Below are positions 24,060-36,700 of a DNA stretch of 64,000 nt, one piece after another. The stretch spans positions 7,750,001 to 7,814,000 of the forward strand of contig CM114271.1 in the NCBI GenBank assembly GCA_050084515.1, in the 5' to 3' direction. The first letter of the stretch is position 1; every line of letters starts with the position of its first letter. The position numbers and the translations under genes are program-made. The notes beneath the pieces are model-generated. The model made no database searches and was not told the DNA's origin. It saw only the letters and a program-made list of their open reading frames with translations. This stretch comes from Blasia pusilla (lineage: Eukaryota).

Positions 24060-27000
24060 ATTAGGGCTTTGCTTATTGTCATTTGGAGAAATTTCCCAAG
24101 GTAACGTCCTCTATTCACCCACCCTTCCCCTCCTTTCCCAAGTCCTTTCTTGTTTGTTGTATTTGTCGTATGTGCTTCTTATTTTGGTTCGATTCACGTT
24201 TATATTTGTTACCCCTCTCGTACATACACTTTTCTTCTCATCTATTTTATCTCGAAGGGCCCATGATCTTTTCACACTCTTAGCAACTCTACGTATTCAT
24301 GAGTTTATTTTTGGGAGGGGGTTGGGACTAGAAGTCCTAGGTGATGTCGGTAGGTGAGAGTTTATGTTAGAGGGAGCATTACCGTGGATGGGAAGAGAGT
24401 TGTTTGCGGGACCGCTCGTCGAATGGGGATGATAGGACTATTATTGACGGGGATTGTCGCACGATTTTATTGGAGGGGGCCATGTCCTCTTCTTGGTGAG
24501 TTGCATCCATGCCTCGATCCGCATCGGCTCCCCGTGTGGGGACCCGTGGGTCGTCTAGTCGGGATACTAAATGCCCATGTTGTCCCGAATTCTTCACTCG
24601 GTCAGGAATTCAGAACCACTTAGCGGCTAAACATCCTGACTTTGATAGATTTGGATGGGTGGTCCCTCCTGTCGACCATGGATGCTCTCCGATGCTTCCC
24701 GCATCATCGCCCCCTCCTGAGGCATGGGAGTGGTTGAGGTCCCACCAGGGCAGCATTATAGGTCTCTTCGAGACCCGTTTTCCCTGCTCGAGGTTGTTTC
24801 ATAGGATCCCCCATGCTATTCGGGACGACCTCCGCCACGCATTCCTCCTTCCCCTTGCTAGGATCGCTCTGGATCCTATGGATGAGCTCTCTTGGTACCT
24901 ACTACTTCTCCTTCCACAATGGTGTCTTCGTTACACTCGGGGAGGGAAGGCCGGTCATAGAGAGGTTATAGCACGTCTGAGACGCTTTCGAGGAGGTGAT
25001 TGGGAGTCTCTGCAGAGTGAGTTTGTGGCATTCGCGAGAGGTAGTAGTTCACCTGGTTTCCCGGCGGACGATCCTAGAGCAGCCAGGTTGCGACGATGTA
25101 GGACACTGGGGCGAGCCTATGAGTACTCGCGAGCTGCACGGGCTCTTCGCCCGATGGACATGGCTCCTTCTTCAGCTGTTACCATCGATGCCCTCCGGAG
25201 GCTACATCCTCGTACAGCGGTTGACATTCCAGCTTTTGCACGTGACTTCCATCCTGACATGGCTATATGCCTTGACCCGTCCCTCTTTGCACGGGCACTC
25301 GGACGTTTTCCGAGGATTGCGGTCGGAGGTTTGTCTGGTATGATGTACGAACGAACACCTTCGTGATTGCTTTCCTTCCGAGGACACCGCTAGCGGCTGC
25401 TTCGAGTTGCTTCAGGTTGCCTCTCACCTAGCTCAGGGGAGAGTGCCAACAGCAGTGGCCCAAGTATTAGGGGCGGGGCGACTTTTGGCGTTGTCGAAGG
25501 AGGGTGGTGGTATCCGTCCGATTGCCATAGGTGAGGTGCTCTTGCGGTTGGTGAGTCGTACTCTCGCTTTGCAATTCCGTGAGGCTTTCCAGTCACATCT
25601 GAGTCCGCATCAGTTTGGAGTTGCCACGCCAGCTGGATGTGAGACGATTGCCTTAGGTTTGAGGGCTTGTCTAGATGTACATCCAGAGTGGGTGGTTCTC
25701 CAAGTGGACGTGGAGAACGCCTTCAACTTAGTATCTCGGCTACTATATTCACGAGTTGAGGGACGGGTGGCCCCATGGCGAGCCTCATTCCCTTTGTGCA
25801 GGCTTTCTATGGGGCCCCTTTGGCCCTCTATTTCCACCATGGTCGATTCGAGGAGGAGGTCACGGTCTTGGAGTCCGCACGGGGACTCGTCGGGGTGACC
25901 CCTGGGTGGCGCGTTGTTTCTTTGTGGCTCATTACCGAGCGGTTCTTTCACGGTGGAGGCTTTCCGGGTTGCATGTTCCCTTCATTTGGCAGATGATACT
26001 CATATTGTTGGTCTTGGAGATCTGGTTGTCCCCTGCATTCGAGCACTTTTCAAAGCACAGTTGGCATGTGTCGCCTGGCGGTGAAGGTGGGGAAGTGCAA
26101 GGCTTGGTCTCCATCAGGCCTACGTGATGATCTACATTTACCCGACGGCTTCTTGCGACTGTCGGAGGGCTTGAAGTCTTGGGAGTCCCGCTTGGGAGCC
26201 AGGACTTTGTATCGAAGTTCGTGGCGGCGGCCCCATCGAGGATATTCTCCACGTTGATGATCTTACGAGGATTGGTGACCCTCAAGTCGCTTCGGCATTC
26301 TCTCTTCTTGTTTTGCTCGAGACCTGGTTACCTCACTAGAACTATCGGACATCTAGTCACCTTTCTTCCCTATATAGATCCTTTGATAGGAAGCTCATGC
26401 AGGTGTTTGGGGATCTTCTAGGACCCGGCTCCTTAGAGTGCCCCATGGGGAGTTAGCTCGAGACAGGCCTCTTGGCCGATTTCTTTTGGTGGAGTAGGTC
26501 TTCTCTCGGCCGAGTTAGTGGCGCCCTCCGCTTTTTTTTAGGGAGTTGGGCCACAGTGGCACCCCTCCTTTGCTCCCGATTTTTGGTTAGAGATAGACCG
26601 CTCCTTCTACACTACGTCTCCCGGGTCGAGGATGGCTCTTTCCCACTTGATCTTCACTCACACGGCTTGTAGAGATTCCCTTCGAGTTGAGGCAGAGCCG
26701 TTCTCCCCACTTTCTCCTCCTTAGTTACCTCCGGTCGGGCCTGGGCTCCAATCTTCCTTGATGGAAGCCCACTTTGAGGCGATTTTAGAGGCACTATGTC
26801 CGGACGGGAATATCCCCATGGAGGTTAGGGCCCGTATTCGCTCTTGCTCGGAAAAGGGGCAGGCTCATGGGTAGGGGCGCCCCTTCTCCAGCTTTCCGTG
26901 ATCGCACCACTTACCTATACCACCGATGCGGTTCGCTTGGGCCTCCCCAACCATCGGTGGTTGGTTCGACATATCGCGAGTGTCGCGAGCCTGGATCCAC

Positions 27001-27715
27001 TTGGTGTGCATTTGGCACGTCTGTCGATTGGGGATGAGAGGATAGCCACTCACGATGTAGTGCGGGATATCATGTTCAGTATTGCTCGGGAGAGTGGCTT
27101 CCATGTGCAGAGAGAGAGGCACTACTCCATGCGGGATTCCCTCATTCGTGCCGATCTCTACATGACACGTGAGGTGGTTGTGGCGGACGTGGTAGTCACA
27201 GATCCCACGCGGGAGGCGGTCGAGCCCAAGTGGTGGCCCAAGGGCGAATGCTACATGAGCGAGCGGCGGCGGCGGTGAAGAAGACACATATCTCTGATCG
27301 ACTACACGAGGACACATCTTCATCCCCTGGCCATAGAGATGTATGGGGCTATGGGGGAGAGGTTCGACTCGTTCTTACGGATCGCGCCCATCATCTCCAC
27401 TCGAGAAATGGGTTGTCCTTAGCTCTGCGATTCAGTCATTGACAGGCGCTGGTCTCCATAGCGTTTGCGGCGTGCCAGGCTAATGGGATTTTGCGGCGGG
27501 CTCAGGCTGTGGGAGACGCCGACGCTAGAGGCCCACTTAGTAGTAATCATAGCTCTCTTGTTGTTGCTGATATTGTCTCTGCTATTGGTGAGTTTCGTCG
27601 TTAGGGGGGGGAATGCCCCCTTCTTCCTTTCCTGGTCTTGTTGTGGCCTTCAGGTTTTGACTCTTTGAGTCTCCCTCTTTTGTACTTCCAATGGGTTTTC
27701 CATCACTCGTTTTTA
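24060..27715 (+). mobile_element. CRE-clade-like non-LTR retrotransposon (C2H2 finger - RT - restriction-like endonuclease), frameshifted
   Basis: C2H2 CPCC...HLAAKH. RT: LLALSKEGGGIRPIAIGE, HQFGV, QVDVENAFN, GDP, ADD. C-terminal region: LDPLGVHL...HDVVRD...RE...RADL...DVVVTDP...AAAAVKK. No APE domain seen. Confidence 0.82.
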
Positions 27716-27987
27716 TCGAAGTGCATCTTAACCACGTTGGATGATTTACTCAACCATACTCATGGGTCTTACCTCGGGGCGGCTTCCGTAATGTGTGATC
27801 GGCTTTCGTGTTGCCGGGAAGGTCCTTTTATGGCAGGCCGAAAGCCTTACTGTTATGTAAATCACTTCAATTGTTGTCCACGTGGCAAATAGTACCGTAG
27901 GATATTTCTGGGTTATTCTCTTTTCGTTTCCAATCAGATTGGCTGATGTATAATAGTCAGGCTGCCACATTCCGACGCTCCGTTCAA

Positions 27988-28191
27988 TTATTATATGTAC
28001 TACGTGTTCGTTCGACGAGCAAAACGGCTGTAGGCAGCGAAGTCTGAACCATGGATGAATCTAGCGTAACCATGGTCAGATGCACGGAGTTATTATATCC
28101 ACTACGTGTTCGTTCGACGAACAAAACGGCTGCAGGCAGCGAAGTCTGAACCATGGATGAATCTAGCGTAACTATGGTCAGATGCACGGAG
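27988..28191. repeat. 102-bp tandem duplication (near-identical)
   Basis: TTATTATAT..CTACGTGTTCGTTCGACGA...GGTCAGATGCACGGAG occurs at 27988-28089 and 28090-28191. Confidence 0.95.
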
Positions 28192-30250
28192 TTAACTCAA
28201 TCTTAGTGATGAGTCAGGGGACTCAGGTCCCACCAAGGCGAGAATGCCACGCTTGACAACACCTTGTCCGGATTCAAAACTACCAACGTTCAAGGGGGGT
28301 CATAAAATCGCACTGGACGAGGAGCTATAGTCCATTCCTATTGGTTGCAGGGTGGTAAGATCTGTCGCAACAGTACTTAACGGCGTGACGCGTGGTTGCG
28401 TTCTTCCGACCGGATGGTAAGTGGCCCCCATTCCCCGGTCGAGCCTACTCGAGTTTGAACTCTGGGATTGAGAGGCAGGAGAAGTTTATGGTGGCGGGCC
28501 GCGCGTCTTTGCCCCGGTTCCTATACTCGAAACAAGGCCTGGATAAAAAGGTCATGGGGGGGAGCCGGTACAAAAGAAGGGTCAAGCGGCTCAAGCCCGC
28601 ACCGGCCAGGAAAGTGGCCAGTGCTGTCCTCCTGCCATGGCTACTGCGGGTAGGTCCAGTTGCATAACTACGGGTTTGAGTCTTGGGATTGGACCGGGAG
28701 AAAACCCTTCTTAGTTCTTTCCCAAGGCGGAGCGTTGGTAACTCTGATGAAGGGTCTGATCAGGTGAGCCCCGACACCCATGCGTGGCAGGAGTGGGATT
28801 ATGGGAGAGAATACGAACCCGTCCTGTTCTTCCGGAGTTTCCTAAACCGAGTGTAGAGGATAGTCTGATGTGGCGGTCCGTGGGTCGGGTCGGGTTCAAA
28901 CCCTCGGAATTTGAGCTGGGAGGACCGGGTGGGCAGAGTGGGAGTGATTATGAGCAGGGTCCTGCTCCCCCGGCGTCCCCTAGTGCGCATTCCTTCATTT
29001 ATGCCAGCAGCCATCCAAGACCGACATACAAACACAAAAGACGAGGAGTAGAAAAAAGAAAGGTAGAAAGCATAGCGAGCGTACTCGTCTGCTCCCTCCG
29101 ATCCTTCCCTTCATCTTTAATACCGAGGTACATATGCTGCCGGGCGTCTTGAAGCTCGCTGTGCGTTGTTGGTGCTATGATCTTTGAACTAGAACAGGCA
29201 GGAATTGGAACGGGTAAAAAAGCAGGTGGATAGGCTATTTCGTCAGTCAGTAAGGCGTGCAGGCAGGAGGTGGTTGTGATAGGCCTTTTCTTGTAATAAT
29301 ATGGCTTCCTTGCTTTCTGCTTCCACTTAGTATTCGAGAGGACGCTGGTGCGGAGAAAATTTTGTGGCAATTTCAAAGGATTCTGGATCTAGTTTTTGGT
29401 GAGGAGCGGGTTCAGTGTGAGGAGAAGAGCCTGAGAACCTAGGGCTTGCTGGCTGCCTCACGTGGGACCTTATGTTTATCGGAGTTGTCTTCTTCTAGAT
29501 CGTGCATGTGAAGGAGAGAATTGGCTGTCGGGTTTTTTCAGTTGAAGTCTTGATGATTGGCGATTTTCGGGTCCGGAATCGGTATAGTTTCTAGGGAATC
29601 ATTTGGCCTGGATTGGTTGCTATGCGCTGCTTCCGGGGGTGATTCCAGTTGATTTTGTGCCTCGTCTGGTGCGTTTTCTGCCTATTCCCGACCCGGAGCT
29701 ATGATTTCCTAGTTTTTTGCACTTGGTGTTTTGCTCCGATTATACGGCCGAGAACGTTTCTGATCATTTCTGTCGCTGCACATGCGCGGACGTCGTTTCG
29801 ATTTGCCGCATTTCATTTCCGAGTAAAACACTGCTGAGGGACGATATTCGGTCTTCTCAATAGAGGAGTCCCTGTTTCCTTTTTAGAGAGAGAAGTGGTC
29901 GAAAACAGCGGTGTCAAGAAGACAGACTTGTCCTTCGATCCGAATGCTCCTTACCAGGTTGAGGTCGGTTATTACTCGGGGGGTGTGCGGGAGGCTGCTC
30001 ATTCTAATTTCTCACTTTCACGTAGGCTGGGACTCTCGATTGCATAGGCTTCCATCCAAGCGCAGTTAAAGGCTTAATCACCACTGTTTACGCCATCTGT
30101 CCGCCGCCTTCATCTCTCGTTGCCTCGACATATTTGGAGCGTTGTATTCGGATCTGTGAGGCCAGAAGGTCTCGCTACTAGTTTCCAGGACGCATCATTT
30201 GAAGCATTTGGTGCCCAACAATCCAAGAGCATGATAGGATAAAGAGGTCG

Positions 30251-30671
30251 ATGGGCAAGCAGGGAGGAGAATTAAAGTGGTGGTCGTCGTCAACGGTGAG
30301 TGTCAACTTTCAATTATGTTCGAAGTCGCTGCTTACTTTCGGGTTTAGTGGTGTGGATCCCTCTCCCGTTCTCTGCATGGCAACTTCTAAGATGTGGTTT
30401 GATAGACAATGGTGGTGCTGTGATCTCAGGTCCTTTTGGATCCGGCAGCCTTTGTTGAAAACTGGAAGCGACAGATCCAGGTATGATCGTCCCCCAGTTT
30501 AGCATTGTCTTGCGCGCGCGCGCAAGGGAAAGAGACTTCACTCTTGAATTAGGGCCTGCTTTAGCCTGGCGACCATGGACCTGCTTAGAGAGGGAGAGAG
30601 AGACAGAGTACTCATTGAGTACTGCCTGTTATAGCTTTGCGACCGCAGACCTCGTGTCCTGGTCAGCCGTT

Positions 30672-30755
<84 letters not shown>

Positions 30756-33700
30756 TGTACTCATTAAGTAGTGCCTGTCATAGCCTTGCGACCATAGACC
30801 CCTGGTTGGACGGTGCTTGAGACTGGGATGGTTGTAGAGAGAGAAGCAAGTGAAGAAGGTACCATATGAGAGGAGGGAGACACTCTCATATAGTGCGAGT
30901 GCTGACCAAACAACGTGTTTGTGCGGAGCTTCCAAGTGACAACCAAGAAACTCTTCACCACACCATCTACTTTACCTGATTGGGATCCCCAATAGACATT
31001 ACTTACCAGTGCAGCAGCTTTGGGCAATGAATCAAGGCTACTGAATGTGTTGAACGATTCTGGTGTTACCAGCTTAGTAATATCAGCAAATGCTCTTGCT
31101 CTGTGTGTTGTGAATTTCGCGCAGGAGACCAAGTAATGACTAGAGGTTTCATCCCCATTGTCACACAAGGCGCAAGAGTTCAGTTGTGTTTCCATCCTGC
31201 TTTTCTTGTGGTTCAAGGGAATTGCCCCCGTTCTGAAGGGAATTGCCCCCGTTCTTTCTCATCTTGCTCCCACAGTTCTGTGGGTCCAGGTTTTCCCCAT
31301 CACCTCTTTAGGATAGCGATGGGAGTCCATTGTCTCCAGCTGCCTCCGCCATTTCAACATGGCGATGTCACGTCTATCCTCCAACTCGGGCTGTGCGTGA
31401 TGAGGTTGACATCATACCCCGAAACGCCTTCAGCTGCACAGCTTCAAGCCTATCCCTTTGTTTGGTGTCGGCATCCCACACTGCTGCCCTGTATTCCAGC
31501 GAGGGATGAATGGTATGCAAAATGACAGAGCGCTTTACTTCTGATGTGATATCCCGGCAGTCTTGGTCCTTCTTCTTGCCATTGAAAATCATCACACCGC
31601 ACTTCACTACATTTGCCTCCATGCCCCACATGTCACACCAGATTTTGGTCACGGAGATCATCCCTAGTCCACTATCCTCCATTTCTTCCAATAGGGAATT
31701 CACGAGAATGTTGAAGAGGGTTGGGGGAGAGAATGAATGCATAGATGTATTGTCCACGGGGACCCCACAGGGCCATGGGACTTAGTTTTGACACTTAACA
31801 ACAAATTTGGAGAGAGAGCACGCACCAGCGAGGGCCTAAGGGGTCCTCAGAGCCAGGTGAGTGTCCCTGGTCTTCACACAACTATGCAAGAATTTAGCAA
31901 TCTGAGTCTGATTCTGCCTAGTCATGAACGGGAGGACCCTGGGAGCTCGGTGAACAAAGAGATCCGGGAAGTCAAGCCTAATTTGGTCGTGAAAGGTGCA
32001 GTCGGAGAGGTAGTGATGTTCATCATCAACAAGCCCCGAGTTGCAAAATCTACATAATCTGTCCTCTCTTTTTTTCTGTGAGAATTTTCCTTTCTCAATC
32101 TCCAGGTCAGTAGAGCCACATCTGAATCTTGCTAATGTATGACGTAACTTAGTGGGAATGGGGGCAGAGATGTAGGAGGCTTGCTGCATGGATCTGCAGT
32201 TGTTCATGAGGGTGTGGTAGCGCCTCATTCTTTCACCATTTTTGTGAGAGGAATTCCCCCTGCTTTCCCAGAGGCGCTGGTGTCGGCCCCAGTTGATGCC
32301 AATGTAATTGTTGTGTAATTGTTCAGCAAGGTCCTGGTGGGTGGCCGTAGGCAGGTCACCGATGGATATTCCCCATTTCATGAGCCACTCCGTGCTGTCA
32401 TAGTACCAATTTTTAGCCCCAAGGGTGGCACTACTTTTTGAAACCATGTAGGCCCTGGCGGATAGACGATTGGGATTATCCTCGCAGATATCCTCAAGGT
32501 GTTGGAGAAATGTGATCAGATTTTTAACAGCATGGATCTCCATTGGTACCTCCCCAAACTCAGCCAATAGAATGTCGTGGGGAGTGGTTTTCCTAATGCC
32601 CAGACTCTGACGCATGAAGAGTTTCTTGGGGGACTCAAGGCCCTGGGGCCAAGCCTTGGAGCTGGGGCCCCACACCTCAGATGCATAGAGTGTGGCTGGG
32701 ATCACCAGAGCTTTGAAGAGATGGAGTTTCTGTGGAATACGCCAGAGTTCCATTCTTCTGCAATTGGATTGTAGCAGGTGTAGACCCCTCAAGCCTGCAT
32801 TGATCTTGTCGCGACTCCCATTGGCTCTCCATTGGTTGTTGGGTTTGAGTTGCACCCCCAGTATATGTACTCACCCACAATCTCAATGGTCTCCCTTCTC
32901 AGTCCCTGGCTGAAGGTGAAAGCGTGTGACTGCTGGGCCGTAGGGAGCTGTGATCCAAAGATGATTATCTTCGTTTTCAGCAAGTTGACTTCCATGCCCG
33001 ATTTGTTGCAGAAGCTTGAAAGTGCATTCAGGTAAAGTTGGAGCCCATGTGCTGTTCTAGACATCAGAACTATATCATCTGCATACAAGAGCTGGGAGAT
33101 GAGGCAGTGTGCTAGCTCTGGTGGATCTCCTTTCGCTCCAGAAAGCACCTCTTCAAGTTTGTCAATGTAGAGCCCAAACAATGTAGGTGAGAGGGGGCAT
33201 CCTTGTTTGACTCCGGATGTCGACACTCTCATATAGTGTGAGTGCTGACCAAACAACGTGTTTGTGCGGAGCTTCCAAGTGTCAACCAAGAAGCTCTTCA
33301 CCACACCATCTACTTTACCTGATTGGGATCCCCAATAGACATTACTTACCAGTGCAGCAGATTTGGGCAATGAATCAAGGCTACTGAATGTGTTGAACAA
33401 TTCTGGTGCTACCAGCTTAGCAATATCAGCATATGCTCTTGCTCTGTGTGTTGTGAATTTTGCGCAGGAGACCAAGTCATGACTAGAGGTTTCATCCCCA
33501 TTGTCACACAAGGCGCAAGAGTTTAGTTGTGTTCCCATCCTGCTTTTCTTATGGTTCAAGGGGATTGCCCCCGTCCTGAACTTGAACTTGAGCCGGGTTC
33601 CCAAGCAAGGGGTTCCCCGCAAATAGTTCTTCAGTTCTGCCCTCTCGGGATATACCGTCAAAAGAGAGAGGTCAGACATTTTCATGGCTTCCTCCGTGCT

Positions 33701-36700
33701 GTTCTGCTGTGAGCGTTTGCCCACTTCTTTGGTTATGGTATCCACGAATGCTTTCTCATCTTGCTCCCACAGTTCAGGCCCTGCTGGGAGCTTGGATGCT
33801 TGCACAATCTCTTGAACCTTTTTCGTCCAAGATTTGGCCTGTTTTACGGGTCTTCTTTGGGTCCAGGTTTTCCCCATCACCTCTTTAGGATAGCGATGGG
33901 AGTCCATTGTCTCCAGCTGCCTCCGCCATTTCAACTTGGCGATGTCACGTCTATCCTCCAAGGGTTCCACACCTAGTTCTGATCTCACACCAACACGGGC
34001 TGTTCGTGATGAAGTTGAGATCATACCCCGAAACGCCTTCAGCTGCACAGCTTCAAGCCTATCCCTTTGTTTGGTGTCGGCATCCCACACTGCTGCCCCG
34101 TATTCCAGCGAGGGACGAATGACGAATGAACTCTAAAGAGAGAGAGGGAGAATGAATGAATAGATTTATTGTCCACGGGGACCCCACAGGGCCATGGGAC
34201 TTAGTATTGAGACTTAACAACAATTTTGGAGAGAGAGCAAGCAATTTTGGAGAGAGAGAGAGACTGTACTCATTAAGTAGTGACTGTGGTAGCCTTGCTA
34301 CCATAGACCCGGCGCCTGGTTGGACGGTGCTTGAGACTGGGATGGGTGTAGAGAGAGAAGGAAGTGAAGTAGGTACCATATGGGAGGAGGGAGACACTCT
34401 CATATAGTGTGAGTGCTGACCAAACAACGTGTTTGTGCGGAGGTTCCAAGTGTCAACCAAGAAACTCTTCACCACACCATCTACTTTACCTGATTGGGAT
34501 CCCCAATAGACATTACTTACCAGTGCAGCAGCTTTGGGCAATGAATCAAGGCTACTGAATGTGTGGAACAATTCTGGTGCTACCAGCTTAGCAATATCAG
34601 CATATGCTCTTGCTCTGTGAGTTGTGAATTTCGCGCAGGAGACCAAGTCATGACTAGAGGTTTCATCCCTATTGTCACACAAGGCGCAAGTGTTTAGTTG
34701 TGTTCCCATCCTGCTTTTCTTATGGTTCAAGGGAATTGCCCCGTTCTGAACTTGAACTTGAGCGGGGTTCCCAAGCAAGGGGTTCCCCGCAAATAGTTGT
34801 GCCTTCTCGGGATATACCGTCAAGAGAGAGAGGTCAGACATTTTCATGGCTTCCTCCATGCTGTTCTGCTGTGAGTGTTTGCCCACTGCTTTGGTTATGG
34901 TATCCACGAATGCTTTCTCATCTTGCTCCCACAGTTCAGGCCCTGCTGGGAGCTTGGAAGCTTGCACAATCTCTTGAACCTTTTTCGTCCAAGATTTGGC
35001 CTGCTTTACGGGTTTTCTGTGGGTCCAGGTTTTCCCCATCACCTCTTTAGGATAGCGATGGGAGTCCATTGTCTCCAGCTGCCTCTGCCATTTCAACATG
35101 GCAATGTCACGTCTATCCTCCAAGGGTTCCACACCTAGTTCTGATCTCACACCAACTCGGGCTGTTCGCGAAGAAGCTGACATCATACTCCGAAACGCCT
35201 TCAGCTGCACAGCTTCAAGCCTATGCCTTTGTTTGGTGTTGGCATCCGACACTGCTCCCCCATATTCCAGTGAGGGAGGAATGGTATGCAAAATGACAGA
35301 GCGCTTTACTTCTGATGTGATAGCCCTGCAGTGTAGGAATCTTGACCGACCGTTCACCTTCTTGTGGCCATTCTCAGTAGTGTTCTTAATGTGTGCATCC
35401 CACATGCAATCTTCTGAGAATTCTATGCCCAGATTGATGTATGTGGGCACACAGGCGATCTCTTGTTCGCCCCAGTACCACTGTTGGTCTTGGTCCTCCT
35501 GCTTGTCATTGAAAATCATCACACCGCACTTCAGTACATTTGCCTCCATGCCCCACATGTGACACCAGATTCTGGTCAGGGAGATCATCTCTTGGAGTTT
35601 CTTTCCTGTTTCCTCGAGGCCACCAAAGTCATCAGCAAATATGAGGGCAACAGCTTGAGGGCAACAACAGAGCTGTTGCCCACCCATATGCCTAGTCCAC
35701 TATCCTTCATTTCTTTCAATAGGGAATTCATGAAAATGTTGAAGGGGGTGGGGGAGAGCGGGCATCCTTGGGCCACTCCTTGCTTAATGTCGAATGTCCC
35801 ACTGTTTTGGCCATTCACCAGGACTCTACTCATTGTGTTCTGGTACATCTTCTCCACCACCCTCCACATTTTCCCTCTCTGCCCTGCCTTCCACAAGCTA
35901 TAAGATAGCTTGTCACGCTATACAGTGTCGTATGCCTTCTTGAGGTCCATCTTTGACTGCACCTTTCACAATCACATTAGGCTTGACTTCCCGGATCTCT
36001 TCGTTCACCGGGCTCTCAGGGTCCACGCGTTCATGGCTAGGCAGAATTAGACTCAGATTGCTAAATTCTTGCATAGTTGTGTGAAGACCAGGGACACTCA
36101 CCTGGCTCTGAGGACCACTTAGGCCCTCGCTGGTCCTTGCTCTCCCTCCAAAATTGTTGTTAAGTCTCAAAATTAAGTCCCATGGCCCTGTGGGGTCCCC
36201 ATGGACAATAAATCTATTCATTCATTCATTCTCATAGCCTTGCGACCGTAGACCCGGTGCCGTGGTTGGATGGTGCTTGAGACTGGGATGGGTGAGAGTG
36301 TGTGACGCAGTGTAGCACTGACGATGCAGGGCAAGGACGGCATTCCTGCAGAGCATCAGCGATTGATTTTTGCATGCCGAGTTGCCACACAAGAGGGTCT
36401 GTCATCCACCTGCAAGCGGAGCAGTAGGTGCCCGAGGGCAAGAGAGCGTGCGGCGACAGAATTTGTTAAAGAGTTGCGAAGTTGGAAGGCGGAACTAAAG
36501 AGTGACACCCATGTCATTTGCACACTACTCCGTCCCTTGGTGAGATTCTATGCTGGTGACTTGGGGATTGGGCCTAATAGGTCACAGTTTCAGGTTACCA
36601 TGAATTGAGCAGAATCCAGTTAGATCCTTATGAATGCTTAGTAGCAAGTTTTACCTTGGAGGTCGTTTAGGGATACATGGATTCAACGGTTGAAAAATTA

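Noticed and set aside
28672-28903. Possible MITE with GGGTTTGA/TCAAACCC inverted ends
   Set aside because: The inverted match is only 8 bp and no TSD was found.
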